From a virus (lineage: Duplodnaviria > Caudoviricetes), in the IMG/VR virus record IMGVR_UViG_3300020037_001525, positions 1 to 64,000 of that record: DNA of 64,000 nt; one strand, written 5' to 3'. A program made the position numbers and the translations under genes. Positions 25,619 through 34,143 of the stretch are shown here, piece by piece. Numbering within the stretch: position 1 is the stretch's first letter; the number at the start of each line of letters is the position of its first letter. A model generated the notes under the pieces. It made no database searches and was not told where the DNA came from. It worked only from the letters and a program-made list of their open reading frames with translations.

Positions 25619-27268
25619 TTAATCTAAGTCAATGTCATCGTCTTCTGTGAGTTCCTCAACCAAAACTTCACCTCTTTTTGTCTTAACCTTTGTGCCGTAT
25701 TGTATTTGCTTAGTTGAACCATTAGCTAATTGCAAATTAACATATTGTATAGGCAACACCCTTGTTGCATTCAAGAACCTCTCAAAAAGCAAATCATATT
25801 CTATTGGGTCAACATTTGTGATAAATAACAAATGACAAACCAAAGAACCAGCAGCAGAACCACGACCTGTTCCAACCATAATATCATTCTGACCACACCA
25901 ATTTATTATATCCCAAAGTATTAAGAAATAATCAACAATCTCTGCGCTCTCTATCAATTCCATCTCAATCTCTACACGCTTTCTGTATAAATCAACATCA
26001 AGACCTCTTTTCTCAACTTTCTCAACAAATCCATATTCTACCAACTCTCTAAAGTACTGTATGTTGCCCTTGCCTTTTGGTGCAAAATTATACTTTGGCA
26101 GTCTTGGTATACCAACTTCGATGCTAAAGTTGCAAGAATCAACAACCTGCTTCACACTATCAAGCATAGTATTGAACAAACGATTAAAGATATGCTTGTC
26201 TTTATACATCTTGGATGCTTGTTCTTCAATTTCGCTATATGGCTTGAAGTGTTCATCCTCACTGTAAGAGGTTATACGCTTGTCAACCTTATTGAGATAT
26301 TCCTTCAACTGAAAATACTCTTTTTCTATGTAATAACTATCTTGTATCAAGATTGGTTGAATGTGGTCTGTATATTGCTTAGTATAATTTCTTATGAATT
26401 CAAGATTGCTCATGTCAACCTTATCTTCATAGAATTCAGTGTAATCAACCTGTTGGTAAATCTGAGTGAAGTGTTTCTTGTAATTATCCACTGCTTTGAC
26501 AAATCCTTTTCTATCATTCTGCAAATGGCTTAATAATCCGAATTTACAAAATACCAATATCAAACCTTCGGAATGTTCAAACAGTATCTCTTCGGTGATG
26601 AACTCACCATCAAACATGGAATTAGAATAGTTATTGATTTTCAGTAGGTTCAACCAACCTTGCTTATCCTTGACATAAAGTTTTACATCAAATTTCTTTT
26701 GTAATTTTTCTTCTGGGTTGTAATCATAAGCAACTGGGACTGTTCTTCCAAGTATTGATTTTATACCTGCATCCCTGCATTCCATTTGAATGGCCATGGT
26801 TGCTGCTAATGTATTTTTATCACATATGCCTAATGCATTCATACCTAAAAACTTAGCTTTCTTGACCCAATTCTTTGGCTTACCACTTCCATTCAATAAT
26901 TCGTATTCTGAATGTACTCCCAAGTGTATATACCTATCATTGTTCTTAATCGCACAGTTGCCGACATACTTAAAATCATTGAATTCTGCTGAATATCTAA
27001 GGTATTCTGAATCTCCTGTATACTCCTTTAGTTTGGAATAATACCACCTTTTGCCAAATTCAAACAGGAAATAGTCTATCTCATATTCTTCCAGATGCTT
27101 TTGTTCGACTGAATTGAGAGTGAAACAGCAATCCTCATCAATTATCTTGTGTTTCTTTGGGTTCAAAAGCAACAACGTGCCTAAACCTTCAACAGTGTAT
27201 AATGATTCACTTGCTTCCTCAACTATCAATAAGTTTTCTGCTATCCATGATTTTAAACTATCAGACAT
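25619..27268 (-). CDS. dnaE: DNA polymerase III alpha, N-terminal half (PHP domain to FERFLN plus a beta-rich acidic tail)
   Basis: HLGVHSEY..L.G; YFLILWDII; GTGRGSAAGSLV..LL.IT.VDP..YDLLFERFLN. Confidence 0.92.
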   Translation of the reverse strand: MSDSLKSWIAENLLIVEEASESLYTVEGLGTLLLLNPKKHKIIDEDCCFTLNSVEQKHLEEYEIDYFLFEFGKRWYYSKLKEYTGDSEYLRYSAEFNDFKYVGNCAIKNNDRYIHLGVHSEYELLNGSGKPKNWVKKAKFLGMNALGICDKNTLAATMAIQMECRDAGIKSILGRTVPVAYDYNPEEKLQKKFDVKLYVKDKQGWLNLLKINNYSNSMFDGEFITEEILFEHSEGLILVFCKFGLLSHLQNDRKGFVKAVDNYKKHFTQIYQQVDYTEFYEDKVDMSNLEFIRNYTKQYTDHIQPILIQDSYYIEKEYFQLKEYLNKVDKRITSYSEDEHFKPYSEIEEQASKMYKDKHIFNRLFNTMLDSVKQVVDSCNFSIEVGIPRLPKYNFAPKGKGNIQYFRELVEYGFVEKVEKRGLDVDLYRKRVEIEMELIESAEIVDYFLILWDIINWCGQNDIMVGTGRGSAAGSLVCHLLFITNVDPIEYDLLFERFLNATRVLPIQYVNLQLANGSTKQIQYGTKVKTKRGEVLVEELTEDDDIDLD

Positions 27269-28454
27269 ATTGATATGTGTTAGTTGCTCCTGTTCTCTTT
27301 CCGAAGAATGCTTCTGCTAACATTAGATAGTCCCATACTACATAATCAGCTGGGTTCTCCTCATGTTCATGTTCATGAGCATGCTCAAAGAATGATTCAG
27401 CCTGAATTTCTTGTATCTCATCAAGTGCTTTTCGTTTGTTTTTGTTGAGTTTATATCGAACATATACTTCAAGTATTCTATAAACATCTGATAAATACTC
27501 ACTTGATGACCAAATCATTGTTAATATTTCATCTCTTTCACTTTCATACTTCTCAGAATCTGTAAACAGCGCAGTCAAACCATTTATCATAGCATTAATC
27601 ACTAAATCAATTTGCTTCAATCTTTCTGTTGCATCTGTGCTGCTATAATTGAAATCGAACTCTCTACTCTGCATATTGGTTCCATATTCGATAGTTTTAT
27701 GCTTATCTTCAGTTGTTAGTATCTTGTTGGTCAGTTCACCCATCTTGCCTTCTGTATACATATGGAGTGACTGCGAATTATGTACCTGACTTCCTAATTG
27801 CAATCCCAATATATTCGCACACAACTCTCCCATAAATGAGAATTGGAATATATTTGTAGGCAATCCCCAATTTATATCATTGCTTCTGTTGGCAATTGTA
27901 GTGTGTAGTTTTCCGTCTCTAACTTTCCACATCCACAAATCATTGCATGGAATATCTTTGCTTGTAGTACCTAAATCTAACTCATAATTCCATATTTGTA
28001 GAACAATCCTTCTATCATTAGGATTGTTTTCTGCCATTTGCAACGCTCTTTGCATCTGGTCGAATCCCATCTTAGCTTCATTCTGAACAAAAGAACTAAT
28101 ACCTGCATTTCTGATTCTGTATCCATATGGAGCATGAAAGTTCACGCCATCATCTGAATACTCCTTCATCTGAGAATTGAATATCTGCAAGAACGCCACA
28201 TCTTTTCTACCAGCGAATATCCATAGTGCTTCAGCAAGCAAAAAGAATATGTTGATATCTCTGCTTCTTCCAGCCACACATCTTTCGTATGGATTGGATA
28301 CCTCTGTTTTGAAGTTTAGAACTTCACAAGCATCACCATTCCTTGAATTATCGTTTTTACCAAACTTATACAGTAAGTCAACCATATCAAAGTAAATTCT
28401 ATTGAAGTTATCTGATTTTGCCACACCTAAATCAAAATGTATTTCTGAAACCAT
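27261..28454 (-). CDS. thymidylate-synthase-fold enzyme (dUMP-directed; thymidylate synthase or dUMP hydroxymethylase)
   Basis: SRNG; LAEALWIFAG; YGYR; DRR; DIPCN catalytic Cys; RSNDINWGLPTNIFQF; SLHMY; likely ATG at 28454. Confidence 0.85.
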   Translation of the reverse strand: MVSEIHFDLGVAKSDNFNRIYFDMVDLLYKFGKNDNSRNGDACEVLNFKTEVSNPYERCVAGRSRDINIFFLLAEALWIFAGRKDVAFLQIFNSQMKEYSDDGVNFHAPYGYRIRNAGISSFVQNEAKMGFDQMQRALQMAENNPNDRRIVLQIWNYELDLGTTSKDIPCNDLWMWKVRDGKLHTTIANRSNDINWGLPTNIFQFSFMGELCANILGLQLGSQVHNSQSLHMYTEGKMGELTNKILTTEDKHKTIEYGTNMQSREFDFNYSSTDATERLKQIDLVINAMINGLTALFTDSEKYESERDEILTMIWSSSEYLSDVYRILEVYVRYKLNKNKRKALDEIQEIQAESFFEHAHEHEHEENPADYVVWDYLMLAEAFFGKRTGATNTYQYV

Positions 28455-28541
28455 GTCTTTATATTGTTTTTTTATATAACTTTGAAAGAAATTCCCCCAA
28501 CGTATGTTGAGGGAATCCACTTAAATTTATGGGTTTATTGA

Positions 28542-29552
28542 TTATTTCTTCTTAATCGTTGTTACGATAGCTGTTTTCTTTGGTGCAGTTGTCTTATTTT
28601 CAAGACTCTCTTCCAATGCTTGCCTGTTTGCTCCCATTTTGGTATCTGTAGAAGATGAACGCTTTATGGTTTCTTCGTACACATCGCTCTCCATAATGGT
28701 CAACACATCTGTACTTGTAACCTTCTTAATACATGGATGAGATTCACCTCTGAACATACCAATCTCATGCTCCTGATATTCGTCAGGTAATAATTCTGTT
28801 AATTCCTCAACTGATTTGAATCTGTTCAGATAAAGATTGCCCAACAATTCACCATCAACTAATTTCAACTCATCAAAATTCATGACAGTAACCTTTGAAT
28901 TCTTACCTAATGCACGTATTGTGAAGCCTTGTTTCAATATATCATATTGGAACTTCTTCAAAGGAAAATGGTCATGCAAGAACTCCAAGTATTCCATGTG
29001 GTCTTTTTTGTTTCTTGCATCGAATATGTTTTCTGCCAATTTCTTTTGAACTGTGTTAGTTGCCTTACCACCAACAGGTTTTGCCTTCTTCACCTCTTGA
29101 GCCAATTCATCAAGTTCATCTTCTGTTTCTCTTGCAGGTGCTGATTTCTTCTTTATAGCAACAGTTGCTTTCTTTGGTGGTGCTTCAACTTCTTCCTCTT
29201 CTTCCTCAAATTCTTCATCATCTTCAAGTTCATCATCCTCTTCCTCTTCCTCTTCAACAACAGCTACTTTTGGTGCAGTTTTCTTCACTGGTTTCTTGGG
29301 TGCTTCTTCCTCTTCTTCCTCTTCTTCCTCAACTTCTTCAGACTCATCATCAATAACCTCATCATCATCATTGAATAATTCTGCCATGTCGATTAGGTCA
29401 TCTACACCTAAATCATCATCTAAGTCAGTGACTTCCTTGGATTCAAGAAATTCTACAAGTTTTACTGTTGCTTTTTCAGCTGTAACAGCTGTAATACCAA
29501 ATTGTTTCAGCCTTTGGATTTGTTTTGGCTTTAATTGTGTTGTCGTTGCCAT
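28542..29552 (-). CDS. hypothetical protein with an acidic/Lys charge-block disordered region
   Basis: Poly-E tracts alternating with APKK.VKK segments; folded C-terminal part. Confidence 0.75.
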   Translation of the reverse strand: MATTTQLKPKQIQRLKQFGITAVTAEKATVKLVEFLESKEVTDLDDDLGVDDLIDMAELFNDDDEVIDDESEEVEEEEEEEEEAPKKPVKKTAPKVAVVEEEEEEDDELEDDEEFEEEEEEVEAPPKKATVAIKKKSAPARETEDELDELAQEVKKAKPVGGKATNTVQKKLAENIFDARNKKDHMEYLEFLHDHFPLKKFQYDILKQGFTIRALGKNSKVTVMNFDELKLVDGELLGNLYLNRFKSVEELTELLPDEYQEHEIGMFRGESHPCIKKVTSTDVLTIMESDVYEETIKRSSSTDTKMGANRQALEESLENKTTAPKKTAIVTTIKKK

Positions 29553-29592
29553 TGTTATTGTTTTTATTTTTGAAATTAACTTTGTTGTTTAT

Positions 29593-30207
29593 TTATTCTT
29601 CCTCAGACCTCTTAAAAGTCTCAAAATGATTATTTGTGAAATCATACAATTCATTTCTTTTGCCTCTGAGAAGTTTACTGTGCTGCGATATCAAATTCTC
29701 TGCATTGATTTTTGGGAATTTGGTTGACAATTCCCTTATAGTATGCCCTTTCAGAAATAATGAAAAACATGTCTTTCTGTCATTCTTCAAGCCCGCAAGT
29801 ATATCAACATCATTAACTACACAAACCTCATTGTCTAAATCAATTTCTGATGCTACTGTACTGAAGAACCCTACATCTACTGTTTCCTCACCATTGCCTA
29901 TTGAAATCTTGTCTTTGTTGTTGACATTGTCAATATTGAATATTCGTATGTAATCTTTCACTTTATTAGCCAGTGTAAGACGTATCCATGACTCCATTGG
30001 TGCTGGTTTCCTCATCCCTGTTTCTCTGTAGTCTGCCCACGCTCTACCATACCCCATGATTGACATATAAATCTTTATACGCATCTCCTGTTGTATGTCT
30101 TCAAGTAGAAGACCTTGTCTTTCATAATTGAACACCTTCTTAGCATATTCTCTTGATAGATACTCATACTTGTTGTACAGGCTGTTGATAACTTTGTTGT
30201 TTTGCAT
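29593..30207 (-). CDS. RNA polymerase sigma-factor-like protein (2)
   Basis: LLLEDIQQEMRIKIY...ESWIRLTLANKVKDYIR (region 2); LKNDRKTCFSLFLKGHTIRELS (region-4 HTH). Confidence 0.65.
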   Translation of the reverse strand: MQNNKVINSLYNKYEYLSREYAKKVFNYERQGLLLEDIQQEMRIKIYMSIMGYGRAWADYRETGMRKPAPMESWIRLTLANKVKDYIRIFNIDNVNNKDKISIGNGEETVDVGFFSTVASEIDLDNEVCVVNDVDILAGLKNDRKTCFSLFLKGHTIRELSTKFPKINAENLISQHSKLLRGKRNELYDFTNNHFETFKRSEEE

Positions 30208-30234
30208 TTTGTATATTGGGTTTTAATTATTGTA

Positions 30235-31119
30235 CTATTTTGATTGAATTTTACTCACTTTAGATGCTACACGTTCATATATCTTGTTATTGTATTTGAT
30301 TACAATGTAACCATTGGGAGAATGGTTGTTCTTATGAAAATGAATGTATATACCCTTGTGTTTCTTGCCTTTAATGATGAAACTTACCAAATCACCCTTC
30401 TCATATCCTTCCAATTCTCCATTAACACCATGATTGCCAAATTGTTGGTAAGGTTTGAATTTGCCCGCATTGCTTGATGGTGCTTGTGTTAGTTTTGAAT
30501 CAACTTTTGACACCCTTTTAGGTAATTTGTCTGTATTGTCCCATATTACATATATTATGTCGACTTCAGTATCCTTCTCAACCAACCCTTTAGTTTGTAA
30601 TGACTCTACTATCTCTCTGGCTGCTTTCTTACTTATATTGAACTCCTTAGTAATATCTGATAAACCCACATTTGAATACGTTGGTTCCTCAATCTTCCAG
30701 TAGCTAATTGTATCCATCAGAAAATCCAATACTTTTACTTCATCCTTTGAAAGTTCGATTGGCTTAGGTTGATTCTCAACGTCTACAAGCCATTCATCAA
30801 CATTATCTGGTGCTATATTACGTTCTGCGAGTAATTGCTTACCAAATTCTGAAAAACTGTATGTGCCTGCAATGTCTCCTTTGTCCTTCTTTGTTACTAT
30901 GATTACATTCTTCTGTTCAAGTGATGAAATCACTCCAGAACGTATTCTGCCTTCATATGGAAGAAAATCATTCGCTGAATAATCCCATATGATGCTATCA
31001 ACTCCATCATCACAGAAATCAGATGCAAAGAACATCTGTATGAACTGTAGTTCCTTAAATGTTAGGTTTGTTTGTTGTGCTCCTGCTGTATTATCTGCAG
31101 TCTTTTTAGCTTTATTCAT
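30235..31119 (-). CDS. tandem winged-helix protein with C-terminal SH3/KOW-like domain
   Basis: LTFKELQFI...GVISSLEQKNVI...YSFSEFGKQLL and LSKDEVKVLDFL...LSDITKEFNISKKAAREIVESLQTKGLVE. Confidence 0.55.
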   Translation of the reverse strand: MNKAKKTADNTAGAQQTNLTFKELQFIQMFFASDFCDDGVDSIIWDYSANDFLPYEGRIRSGVISSLEQKNVIIVTKKDKGDIAGTYSFSEFGKQLLAERNIAPDNVDEWLVDVENQPKPIELSKDEVKVLDFLMDTISYWKIEEPTYSNVGLSDITKEFNISKKAAREIVESLQTKGLVEKDTEVDIIYVIWDNTDKLPKRVSKVDSKLTQAPSSNAGKFKPYQQFGNHGVNGELEGYEKGDLVSFIIKGKKHKGIYIHFHKNNHSPNGYIVIKYNNKIYERVASKVSKIQSK

Positions 31120-31143
31120 TTTTTTGAGGTTTTAATTACGATA

Positions 31144-31174
31144 CGAAGGTCTAAATTTTTTTTGAGATAACAAA
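31144..31174 (-). promoter_or_regulatory. Bacteroidota-type (-33/-7) promoter candidate
   Basis: TTTG, 19 nt, GACCTTCG (two mismatches to TAnnTTTG), within phased A-tracts upstream of the wHTH gene. Confidence 0.4.
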
Positions 31175-31240
31175 ATTTTTTTTGAAATATTTTACTTTGA
31201 GATGCTATATCATTGTCCTCCACCAAATCTTAAATTTGAC

Positions 31241-32200
31241 TCACTTTAGCTTCTGAACTTTGGAATAAAAGAATTCAAGATAATCTGTAGAGTCTGTTAA
31301 CGCTTTTGCTATAACATGAAAATCTGAACTTCCTGGGTCACCAGCATCAAGATAACACACATTAACATTACACCCCTTAAATTCATGTTTAAGTAATAGT
31401 GAATACTTCTTCATGATTTCTACACTATCTCTTGCATCATAAAACAAGAAGAAATTCTTTATATTCCTGTATTTCTTTATGATACGTATTTGATTCTTTG
31501 TCAACTTGTTGCCGAATGAACCTACACATTTCATTGTTGCATCATTGTACAACTCCATTTCATTTGTTATAGATATCTTATCGAATATGCCCTCACATAT
31601 TATCAATGTGTCTGTTCTATTGCTTAATTCATCTAAGCCAAATATCAAGTTAGCAAATTTTGTGCCTAAACTATTAGAATACCTATTCTCCATCTCATCA
31701 TATATTGCCCTTCCTACAAATCCCTTCAATTTATAATTGTTTATAATCTGTATAAGCGCATAATCTTTGTACTTAGACTTGAGTTCTGTATATCCAGGAA
31801 TGTATAAATCAAAATCATTTTTTGTGAATTTCCTGCTTTTGAGATAATTTGTGAAATCATCATCAGTATCATAATTGCATTTCTTGAATCCAATAGGCAA
31901 TCTGGTGACTTCATCTTTCTCAATATCTTCTATTGATATTTCCTCAAAATTGATATCAAGTACTGGATTGTTCAGTCTTATCACCTTCTCACCCTCAATC
32001 AAATAAAGTTTGCCAAGCTTACCAAGCAACTTCTTCACTGTTCCGTCTTCCTTACACTTTTTGCAATCCCAAGCCAATGTCTTCTTATTCAAGAAAAAGT
32101 GCTTAGTCTTGCCGCAAAATGGGCAATCTGATATAATCTGTGAACTGTGACTTTTATTCACATTGGTTAGGAATGGTATGATAGACTCAACTTTTATCAT
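31241..32200 (-). CDS. dnaG: DNA primase (zinc finger + TOPRIM)
   Basis: CPFCGK.....WDCKKC; GFVGR; IICEGIFD; YDARD; DPG. Confidence 0.9.
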   Translation of the reverse strand: MIKVESIIPFLTNVNKSHSSQIISDCPFCGKTKHFFLNKKTLAWDCKKCKEDGTVKKLLGKLGKLYLIEGEKVIRLNNPVLDINFEEISIEDIEKDEVTRLPIGFKKCNYDTDDDFTNYLKSRKFTKNDFDLYIPGYTELKSKYKDYALIQIINNYKLKGFVGRAIYDEMENRYSNSLGTKFANLIFGLDELSNRTDTLIICEGIFDKISITNEMELYNDATMKCVGSFGNKLTKNQIRIIKKYRNIKNFFLFYDARDSVEIMKKYSLLLKHEFKGCNVNVCYLDAGDPGSSDFHVIAKALTDSTDYLEFFYSKVQKLK

Positions 32201-33525
32201 GATAACATGTCTTGTTCAAAGAATTTTGTTAATGTGCCCTTCCTATCATAGAATCTACTTCTTTTCAAATTTGTCTTTATGTATATTGGCTCGTTGCCAC
32301 CCCAAACCTCTCTTGCTGCTACTATGTGTAGTCTTGCTATGCTTTCATGCTCCTCATCCTTTGTTCTATTGATTGAAATCATCATATCGACCACACGTAT
32401 CTTACCTTTTTCTTCTCCCAGATGTTCTCTATCTAATACAAATTCAGGGTCATTTATCAATTCTCTACTTAACACTCCAGTTTGAGTTGCTGTAACTATC
32501 AACACATCCTGTTCCATAGCTATCTCCTTCATTCTTCTTGCTGTCTTCTGTTGTTTAAACCTCTCATCGCTTGGTTTGTATGTTTGATTATCTGGAGCCA
32601 TTAACTCCAAGTAATCCACAACTACAAGTTTCAGATTAGGTCTCTTCTTCTTCATGTTTATTATACGTCTTTCAAGATTGTCTGCATTGAATGAATTGAA
32701 CTTTTCAGGAGCATATACGAAAATCTCTGAATTCATTGTCTCACGTATCTTCTTATATGCTTTCAATGATTTGTCACTAAACTCACCAACCTTAACATCT
32801 TGATACAAATTACCAGACCAATTAGCATCGTATCTATCCAAACATTCCTTCTTAGTTCCCTCAAGTTGTATATGTAAAACATCATACCCACTTCTTAATG
32901 TTGATATACCATAATGTGATAATGCAAATGACTTTCCACCCTTTGATTCTGCGACGAATATTACTAATTGACCTGTTTCATGTCCACCATTGGTTCTTCT
33001 GTCAAGTTCATCAATGTATGACGGCATCTTAGTGACATTCCCACCATTCAGACGTTCAACTTGTCTTTTTGCAAAATCACCAAATACTGCCGCATACTGC
33101 TCTGTATCGAGTGTGAAATTAGATATATCTTCAGCACCTGTTGAGTATATTGTATATGCTTCCTTTGTTTTGTCTTTATTGAACAACTCAGATGCCTTAT
33201 TGTAATTCTCAATAAACATACAGTTCTTGATGAAATCTTCCAAGCCATTGAGTATTGAATCAATATCGACTGGTTCCATCTCCTTTATCTCTTCCAACAT
33301 TTCAAGTGCGTCTTTGTTCTTCCTCATGGCTAACTTCATGGTGCCAATTGATGGTCGTATTTCACGTGTTTTATGCTGAAATACCAACTCATTAAATATA
33401 GCTTCTAAAGTCCCCTCTGGGATGTATGTCACTTTTATATTATCAATGACAATACCCAAGAAATCCTTACTTTGGAAACATCCCTTGAATATGTCGAATA
33501 TGAAATCACTATTTATTGTTTGCAT
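32197..33525 (-). CDS. dnaB: DnaB/gp41-like replicative helicase
   Basis: IDELDRRTNGG; AESKGGKS; QLEG; VVVDYLELM; TATQ. Confidence 0.88.
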   Translation of the reverse strand: MQTINSDFIFDIFKGCFQSKDFLGIVIDNIKVTYIPEGTLEAIFNELVFQHKTREIRPSIGTMKLAMRKNKDALEMLEEIKEMEPVDIDSILNGLEDFIKNCMFIENYNKASELFNKDKTKEAYTIYSTGAEDISNFTLDTEQYAAVFGDFAKRQVERLNGGNVTKMPSYIDELDRRTNGGHETGQLVIFVAESKGGKSFALSHYGISTLRSGYDVLHIQLEGTKKECLDRYDANWSGNLYQDVKVGEFSDKSLKAYKKIRETMNSEIFVYAPEKFNSFNADNLERRIINMKKKRPNLKLVVVDYLELMAPDNQTYKPSDERFKQQKTARRMKEIAMEQDVLIVTATQTGVLSRELINDPEFVLDREHLGEEKGKIRVVDMMISINRTKDEEHESIARLHIVAAREVWGGNEPIYIKTNLKRSRFYDRKGTLTKFFEQDMLS

Positions 33526-34141
33526 CTTGTATCTCTAATCTTCTTTTATATAATAATGGGAAATCAAATTCCAATCTCTTGTTACATTCTTCTTTGAATA
33601 TACACCCTCTACACCATTTAGACCTTGAATCATATAATGTTGTTGTTGTGTAACACCAAAGCAACCCCTCTTGTTTATTGTATCTAACCTGCTTCTGATT
33701 CTCTTCAACGACACTTAATCTGTCAAACAGAATCATTGTTTTGTTCTTTCTTGCAACACTATACTTATCTTTGAATGTTTTTGTAAGCCTTAAACAAACT
33801 TCATTGTCTAATTTCAACTTCACTAACCACTTCTTTGATATATTTCTATCATTCCATGCTGTAATAGCTTTTATACCAACAACCCAACTGAACATGATTT
33901 TATTCTTGCCATAGCCAGTAGAGTATGTTCCTGAATACCTTGAGAATTGAAATTCAAAGTATTGTATGAACAATGTAACGCTTAATTCATGTTTCTTGTA
34001 CTTGCCCTTCATGAATCTAACAAACTTCACCAACATCTTTGTTTCTGATAAATTTGGCTTAAATGTAAAAGAACTGTTAAGAGAGCATTGCCTGAACAAC
34101 TCTTGATATAATTCAATTGATAGATTCCATATATTCAGCAT
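33509..34141 (-). CDS. conserved-looking hypothetical protein with a C-terminal Cys cluster
   Basis: WCYTTTTLYDSRSKWCRGCIFKEEC; lies between two helicases. Confidence 0.7.
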   Translation of the reverse strand: MLNIWNLSIELYQELFRQCSLNSSFTFKPNLSETKMLVKFVRFMKGKYKKHELSVTLFIQYFEFQFSRYSGTYSTGYGKNKIMFSWVVGIKAITAWNDRNISKKWLVKLKLDNEVCLRLTKTFKDKYSVARKNKTMILFDRLSVVEENQKQVRYNKQEGLLWCYTTTTLYDSRSKWCRGCIFKEECNKRLEFDFPLLYKRRLEIQDANNK

Positions 34142-34143
34142 AA

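Noticed and set aside
25619-25760. Functional split intein in DnaE
   Set aside because: No Cys/Ser-1 block A, no TxxH block B and no terminal His-Asn before a nucleophile, so only a degenerate Hint-like shape is claimed.
29165-29727. Plus-strand Ser/Leu-rich ORFs
   Set aside because: Antisense to the poly-Glu tracts of the 336-aa gene.
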